Positions 58,401-64,000 of a stretch of 64,000 nucleotides of DNA are shown here, one piece after another. The notes beneath the pieces were generated by a model. That model ran no database searches, was not told the DNA's origin, and saw only the letters and a program-made list of their open reading frames with translations. Source of the DNA: Candidatus Bathyarchaeia archaeon (GTDB lineage Archaea; Thermoproteota; Bathyarchaeia; Bathyarchaeales; Bathycorpusculaceae); the NCBI GenBank assembly GCA_049521795.1, contig JBEKOM010000001.1, positions 512,001-576,000 on the forward strand, read 5' to 3'. The translations under genes and the position numbers were made by a program. Every line of letters begins with the position of its first letter. Position 1 is the first letter of the stretch.

Positions 58401-59528
58401 ATGAGGTACAGAATTGCTATTGCAATAGTTGCAATCGTTGTCATAGTAGGGAGTATTTCTGCCTACGCGTATCTACAATCGGTCTCCCAAACGACGCCAT
58501 CGAACAACCCGACACCAATAACGCTAAACGGTGCAGGGGCCACATTCCCGTACCCGCTGTTATCCGTGATGAATTCGCACTATCATGAACAAAACACCAG
58601 CGTCTCGATCAACTATCAACCGATAGGAAGTGGAGGCGGTATCTCGGATCTCGAGAACAAGTTAGTCGATTTCGCTGCCTCAGATGCGCCACTCGGTCCA
58701 GCTGATATCGCGAAAGCAAATAGCTCACTTCACATTCCAGAGACAATCGGCGCCGTCACAATTGCATACAATCTACCAGGCATCGCAACTGGCCTTCACT
58801 TGACTGGCAAGGTCATCGCTGACATCTTTGATGGCAACGTGACGATGTGGAACGATGCAGAGATACAAAACCTCAATTCAAACGTGACGTTACCGGCCAA
58901 GAGCATATTTCCCGTTCACCGGTCAGATGGCTCCGGAACAACTTTCATCTTCACCGGCTACTTAAGCGTGTCCAGTTCTGTTTGGAACCAGACCATTGGA
59001 CAGGGCAAGACGGTTGCTTGGCCCGGTGGGAGCCTCGGCGCGAGCGGCAATGCCGGAGTGGCACAAGACGTCAATAACACTCAGTACACCATTGGGTATG
59101 TCGAGTTGGCCTACGCTCTGCAGAATGCTATGACAGTAGCAGCGGTTCAGAACCCGACGGGCAACTGGATTCTACCTTCCCTCAACACCATCCAGCTAGC
59201 TGTACAAACAGCGGCTTCAAGCGGCCTACCAGCAGGCAATCAGAGTTGGACAAACGTAAGTCTTCTCAACGCCAACGACTCGGAAGCTTATCCGATAGTC
59301 AGCTTCACCTATCTATTAGTGTATCAAGAACTCAACGTAGTCCCAGGAATGACGCAGGCTAGGGCAACAGCTCTTGTTCAATACCTTTGGTGGGTGGTAC
59401 AACCAAACGGCGGCCAGCAGTATTCAACAAGCTTGGAATACGTGCCACTTCCAGCGAACGTAGTACAGATTGATGAAGCCACTATTCAGTCAATAACCTT
59501 CAACGAACAACATCTACCTACGAGCTAA
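58401..59528 (+). CDS. pstS: Phosphate ABC transporter substrate-binding protein
   Basis: GAGATFPYP, GSGGG, DFAASDAP, HRSDGSGTT, IGYVE, AYPI. Confidence 0.96.
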   Translation: MRYRIAIAIVAIVVIVGSISAYAYLQSVSQTTPSNNPTPITLNGAGATFPYPLLSVMNSHYHEQNTSVSINYQPIGSGGGISDLENKLVDFAASDAPLGPADIAKANSSLHIPETIGAVTIAYNLPGIATGLHLTGKVIADIFDGNVTMWNDAEIQNLNSNVTLPAKSIFPVHRSDGSGTTFIFTGYLSVSSSVWNQTIGQGKTVAWPGGSLGASGNAGVAQDVNNTQYTIGYVELAYALQNAMTVAAVQNPTGNWILPSLNTIQLAVQTAASSGLPAGNQSWTNVSLLNANDSEAYPIVSFTYLLVYQELNVVPGMTQARATALVQYLWWVVQPNGGQQYSTSLEYVPLPANVVQIDEATIQSITFNEQHLPTS

Positions 59529-59609
59529 TAGCGTGTTGGGAATTGTCAGACACAACTACCCAAAATCTTTTTCTAAACTCGATCTCAGCACGGATGAGGA
59601 CAGGTTGAC

Positions 59610-60563
59610 TTGAACCCAAAAATGTCAGGGGACATCCTGTTCAAGATACTGGTTGTTACGCTCGCAGCTTCAGCGGCTGTCGTCCTCGCATTCACCGGAT
59701 ACACTCTTTTCACAGGTTCTTTGCCCGTGTTGCAGCGGTTTGGACTCTTCTTCTTCACAGGAACCAAATGGAACCCAAACCCCACGACATTGTCGCCAGA
59801 GATATATGGTGCGTTCCCTTACCTACTCGGAACGCTCGTCACTTCAGGCATCGCTCTCCTAATAGGCGTCCCCATAAGCCTCGGCATCGCGATCTTTCTC
59901 GTGGAGATGGCTCCCAGAGCGATAAGAGTACCCGTTTCGTACCTTGTGGATCTGCTCGCGGCAGTTCCCAGCGTGATATACGGGCTGTGGGGAGTCTTCG
60001 TGCTGCGTTTTTGGATTCTCGACTACGTTGAGATTCCATTGTCCCATTACCTAGGATGGTTCCCACCATTCAGCGGAGCCCCTCAGGGTCTCGATGTTCT
60101 CAATGGCGGAATAATCTTGGCGATCATGATAATACCTACAGTGTCATCAGTCTCACGAGAAGTCATTCAAGCGGTTCCCAACTCCATCAGGGAGGGGGCC
60201 TACAGCATCGGCGCAACGAAGTGGGAAGTGATCAGAAACTGGGTGTTAAGCTATGGTCGTTCAGGAATCTTTGGAGCAGTTATCCTGGGTCTCGGTAGGG
60301 CCGTCGGCGAGACGATGGCAGTCACCATGGTGATCGGAAATGCCATCGGTCCGGCTGCCATCCCTACCTCTCTGTTCAGACCTGGCCAGACGATGGCATC
60401 GCTGATAGCCAATGACTTCTTGGAGGCGACGCCGGGTTCTCTGGAATTGTCAGCATACATAGGCGTTGGATTGTTCTTGCTTCTGCTAAGTCTTTCAATA
60501 AACGTGATTGCCCAAATCATGGTGACCCGCGTCCTCAAAATCAAAGGGGGTGCCGTCGAGTAA
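59610..60563 (+). CDS. pstC: Phosphate ABC transporter permease
   Basis: LLAAVPSVIYGLWG, LGRAVGETMAVTMVIGN. Confidence 0.95.
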   Translation: MNPKMSGDILFKILVVTLAASAAVVLAFTGYTLFTGSLPVLQRFGLFFFTGTKWNPNPTTLSPEIYGAFPYLLGTLVTSGIALLIGVPISLGIAIFLVEMAPRAIRVPVSYLVDLLAAVPSVIYGLWGVFVLRFWILDYVEIPLSHYLGWFPPFSGAPQGLDVLNGGIILAIMIIPTVSSVSREVIQAVPNSIREGAYSIGATKWEVIRNWVLSYGRSGIFGAVILGLGRAVGETMAVTMVIGNAIGPAAIPTSLFRPGQTMASLIANDFLEATPGSLELSAYIGVGLFLLLLSLSINVIAQIMVTRVLKIKGGAVE

Positions 60564-61415
60564 GTGACAAGCTACGCCTATAGGAAGTTCAAGAATAGAC
60601 TCTTCTTCGTACTCAGCCTTGGATGCGTAGTCATCGCCATCATACCCTTGCTGAGCATTCTCATCGAAGTCATCGTGAATGGAGCGCCACAGCTCAGCTC
60701 TCAGTTCATTACTCAACCCGCTGGTGTAATAGGGTCAACGTCCGCAGGCGGGATAGGCCCTGCAATACAGGGTACTTCAATCCTGATAGGCCTTACTTGC
60801 CTTATCGGCATGCCACTCGGAGTAATGTCAGGAATATTCTTGGCCGAACACGGCAACAACAAGTACGTGCGCGCGTATGCCGCTCTGATGAGAATTTTCA
60901 ATAACGCGCTAACGGGGGTTCCATCCATAGTCGTCGGAATCACGGTCTTCGCTATTGTAGTTCTCACTCTCGGTCACTATTCTCCACTTGCAGGCGCCTT
61001 TGCCCTTTCATTCATTTTGATTCCCATCGTTGCTAGGACCACTGAAGAATCGTTGAAGCTAGTTCCAAACTCTGTTCGTGAAGCATCACTTGCCCTCGGC
61101 GTGCGCAATTGGAGAACCATAGTCAGCGTCGTGTTGCCAGACGCAAAGAAAGGTCTGGTTACCGGAGCTCTCCTCGCCGTAGCTAGAATCGCCGGCGAAA
61201 CTGCGCCCCTCATCATGACGATTCTCGGCAGTCAATATTTCTTCCAAGGCTTTGGTCAACCAATGGACGCTCTCCCGTTGAGGATTTACAGGGATGCAGC
61301 ATTACCTTATGCGCCCTTCATAGCACAAGGCTGGGGAGCGGCGCTGGTCTTGATTCTGATAGCCTTAAGCCTTAACATCGGCGTCAGAGTGGTTAGCCGT
61401 CGGCTTGGAAAGTGA
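60564..61415 (+). CDS. pstA: Phosphate ABC transporter permease
   Basis: [35 protein letters not shown]. Confidence 0.95.
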   Translation: MTSYAYRKFKNRLFFVLSLGCVVIAIIPLLSILIEVIVNGAPQLSSQFITQPAGVIGSTSAGGIGPAIQGTSILIGLTCLIGMPLGVMSGIFLAEHGNNKYVRAYAALMRIFNNALTGVPSIVVGITVFAIVVLTLGHYSPLAGAFALSFILIPIVARTTEESLKLVPNSVREASLALGVRNWRTIVSVVLPDAKKGLVTGALLAVARIAGETAPLIMTILGSQYFFQGFGQPMDALPLRIYRDAALPYAPFIAQGWGAALVLILIALSLNIGVRVVSRRLGK

Positions 61416-62235
61416 AAAGATGAATGAAGGTAATGCAGACGCTAAGGAGGCTCCTAATATGCAAGATTCAGCGCTAACCTCCGAAAAGATGGAAAGCAGA
61501 AAACTGGATGCGTGGTTCGGCGCTAAACGGGCCTTGACAAACATAAATCTTCCCATTAGAGCCAACATAATTACCGCCATAATAGGCCCCTCTGGTTGCG
61601 GAAAATCAACGTTCGTGCGGTGTCTCAACAGAATGCATGAATTGGTTCCTGGAGCGGGAGTTTCGGGACAGGTGCTTCTTGACGGAAAAAACATTTACGC
61701 CAAAGGAGTTGACCCAGTGCTGATCCGTAGAAGGGTCGGGATGGTTTTCCAGAAGCCTAACCCTTTTCCCACCATGTCCATATACGATAACGTGGCAGCT
61801 GGATTGAGGTTGACGGGGTTGAAGAAGGGGAAGAACCTTGACCAGATCGTCAGGCATAGCCTTGAACAGGCCACCCTATGGGATGAGGTGAAGGACGAGT
61901 TGAAGAAGCCAGGGACAAGCCTCTCGGGAGGGCAGCAGCAACGACTGTGCATCGCAAGAGCAATTGCGTTGCAGCCTGAAGTCATACTGATGGACGAACC
62001 CTGTTCAGCCCTCGATCCAGTTGCTACCTCCAAGATAGAAGAGTTGATAGTGTCCCTCAAGGAAAACTACACCGTAGTGATAGTCACGCACAATATGCAG
62101 CAGGCAGCAAGAGTGTCCGATTTCACGGCGTTTCTTTATTTAGGAGGACTCGTTGAGTATGGAAATACAAGAAGCGTGTTTGAAAATCCAACGAATGAAC
62201 TTACGGAGAAGTATATCACTGGAAAATTCGGTTAG
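61405..62235 (+). CDS. pstB: Phosphate ABC transporter ATP-binding protein
   Basis: [49 protein letters not shown]. Confidence 0.97.
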   Translation: MESEKMNEGNADAKEAPNMQDSALTSEKMESRKLDAWFGAKRALTNINLPIRANIITAIIGPSGCGKSTFVRCLNRMHELVPGAGVSGQVLLDGKNIYAKGVDPVLIRRRVGMVFQKPNPFPTMSIYDNVAAGLRLTGLKKGKNLDQIVRHSLEQATLWDEVKDELKKPGTSLSGGQQQRLCIARAIALQPEVILMDEPCSALDPVATSKIEELIVSLKENYTVVIVTHNMQQAARVSDFTAFLYLGGLVEYGNTRSVFENPTNELTEKYITGKFG

Positions 62236-62883
62236 GTGAAGAATTTGAGCAGACTGTTAGACATCGGTTTAGAACAACTAACTGCTAGCGTCCTAAAGAT
62301 GGGCGAGGCCGCTGAAAAGGCAGTCAGGACATCTGTCGCAGGGTTCATGGATGGCAGGGACGTAAGTGAACAAGTCAGAGAACTGTCGGAAATGCTGGTC
62401 ACAATGACCGTAAGCGTTGAAGACAAGGCATTCGAGCTGATAGTGAAGTATCAGCCTGTTGCGTCAGACTTGAGGATAATAAATTCCTACATGAAAATCG
62501 CCTACGACTTTGAAAGGTACGGCCGGTATGCTTGGGACATCTCTTTTACCCACCGAAAATTCGCTGCCTCAGAGAAATGCGCGTACTCATGGGATATGAT
62601 GGAAAGGATGACCGAGAAAACGTTGTATATGGTTCGGACGAGCATAGGAGCCCTAAGGACTAATGACGGAGAACTGGCCAAGTCTCTTGCGAGCACTGAG
62701 AACGAGGTTGACGAGATGTACTCCAAATATCTGGACAAGTTGTCAAAGGCTCCTCCCACCACAAAATGCATAGTCTGCAACCTTTTGGTGGTCAGGTACC
62801 TCGAAAGGATAGCGGACCACGCAACTTACGTTGGTGAAGCGATTTATTACATCGCGAGCGGCGAGAAAATAAGTCTAAGGTGA
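62236..62883 (+). CDS. phoU: Phosphate signalling protein PhoU
   Basis: YQPVASDLR, ERYGRYA, RYLERIADHA. Confidence 0.92.
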   Translation: MKNLSRLLDIGLEQLTASVLKMGEAAEKAVRTSVAGFMDGRDVSEQVRELSEMLVTMTVSVEDKAFELIVKYQPVASDLRIINSYMKIAYDFERYGRYAWDISFTHRKFAASEKCAYSWDMMERMTEKTLYMVRTSIGALRTNDGELAKSLASTENEVDEMYSKYLDKLSKAPPTTKCIVCNLLVVRYLERIADHATYVGEAIYYIASGEKISLR

Positions 62884-62959
62884 AGCTTACCCTGAGGTTT
62901 TGGGCCTAAGAAAGGTTATAAGCAAATATGGAAAGGTAGTTTTACGGGAGACGTAGAAC

Positions 62960-63628
62960 TTGGAAAAAAGAAGCTATGCATGGTTTGAAAAGCGTCGCAG
63001 GACAAAAGCTTTAGACTTGGCTCAAGAGCAGATAGCGAAAGCAATCGATACTGTAACGCTGTTACATCAGGCAACGAAGGGCATTGCAGAAGGGAAGACA
63101 AAGGAAGCGATGCAGCGGATTGAGATTCTCTTCAAGACTGAAGAAGAGGTGGACCGTCTGCGAATGGACGTTTTCAAGGAACTGTCAAAGGGTGCAGCTT
63201 TGGTTGCTGATTATCGTGAGGACCTGCTTCATCTTGTGAAAAGGCTCGACACTCTGGCTGATGATGTGAAGGATGCTGCAAGGTGTATGGAGATGCTCGG
63301 AGACACTCAGATTCCGCAGGAGCTCCGCGAAAACACGGTGTGCATGACATCGGACCTGGTGGATTGTGCCCGTGCTCTACATAACAGCATCGAGAAGATC
63401 TCGGTGGCTCCGGCAGAAGCGACAGAAGGTTCCAAGAAAGTTGAAGAGATCGAGCATCGAATTGACGACGATTATCTTAAGACAAAGAAATTGTTCATCA
63501 AATACGGAGAGCAGATGAACGCGGGCACCATGGTAATCTTTGACGATTTGATCGAATTCATTGAACAGGCTGCTGACATGTGTGCAGACACCGCTGACTA
63601 CATCGTTTTACTTTCCAACAGGGAATAG
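62960..63628 (+). CDS. DUF47 (PhoU-like) phosphate transport regulator
   Basis: EEEVDRLR, REDLLHLVKRLD.LAD, IEHRIDD, EQAAD.CAD.AD. Confidence 0.88.
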   Translation: MEKRSYAWFEKRRRTKALDLAQEQIAKAIDTVTLLHQATKGIAEGKTKEAMQRIEILFKTEEEVDRLRMDVFKELSKGAALVADYREDLLHLVKRLDTLADDVKDAARCMEMLGDTQIPQELRENTVCMTSDLVDCARALHNSIEKISVAPAEATEGSKKVEEIEHRIDDDYLKTKKLFIKYGEQMNAGTMVIFDDLIEFIEQAADMCADTADYIVLLSNRE

Positions 63629-63883
63629 CAGCAAAAAATCATCGAACAGAACGAGTTGAAGACTATTTATCGACTTTGTCGATCTCGAGATCGCAGAGAG
63701 AAGAGAGGTCCGCAGGCGTCAGAAATCTTGTAGAATGATGATTCCTCTGCGCGCTGAAGAAAATCACTGCCGTGCCTTTTACAATTTCAAAGAAAGGAAG
63801 AGCCTAGTGTTTACGGAATTGAACGAACCACATTATCGAACTTCTTTTTCTAACACGAAGACGTGCGCCCTAGCTTAAGCATG

Positions 63884-64000
63884 TTACCCTGGATACATTA
63901 GTTGACCTAATATGATAGCATCAAGAATGTTCACGATACCATCATCATTCAAGTCGGCCCGCGGGTTCCAATTGCTATCTTTCGGAGTAGATCCGAATGC
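63884..64000 (-). CDS. 3' end of a dockerin-domain surface protein (partial, extends beyond the window)
   Basis: AFGSTPKDSNWNPRADLNDDGIVNILDAIILGQLMYPG*, paralogous to the C-terminus of 20480-21727. Confidence 0.8.
   Translation of the reverse strand, partial: AFGSTPKDSNWNPRADLNDDGIVNILDAIILGQLMYPG

Overview
Archaeal chromosomal window, most consistent with Bathyarchaeia (TACK); the taxonomy is inferred from gene content. Core genes include a two-intron tRNA-Glu(CUC), thermosome, aIF5B, topoisomerase VI A/B, ABCE1, the t6A/KEOPS genes sua5, cgi121 and pcc1, the rps15-DHH-pcc1-serS-rps3ae cluster and the pst/phoU locus. Peptide and amino-acid fermentation modules include ftcd-hutI-hutU, trpB2 with a SerK-like ParB-fold gene, hdrA-hdrC-hdrB-acyl-CoA dehydrogenase facing etfBA, and an HdrC-GltD fusion/HdrA-MvhD/korDABC operon. 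Accessory DNA lies at about 19.5-22.0 kb and 34.6-41.4 kb. The most striking unexplained structure is a conserved 65-108 bp non-coding element (three tandem 13-mers plus GTTGAAAACGCTG) present three times, each time pointing into an accessory block. Downstream of the third copy, three short palindromic separators (core AGTTTTATCC) delimit single-gene units, resembling an integron-like cassette array with no integrase in the window. Also seen: several unannotated highly charged micro-ORFs, a candidate C/D-box sRNA, and two frameshifts (top6B, pepF) that are probably assembly indels.
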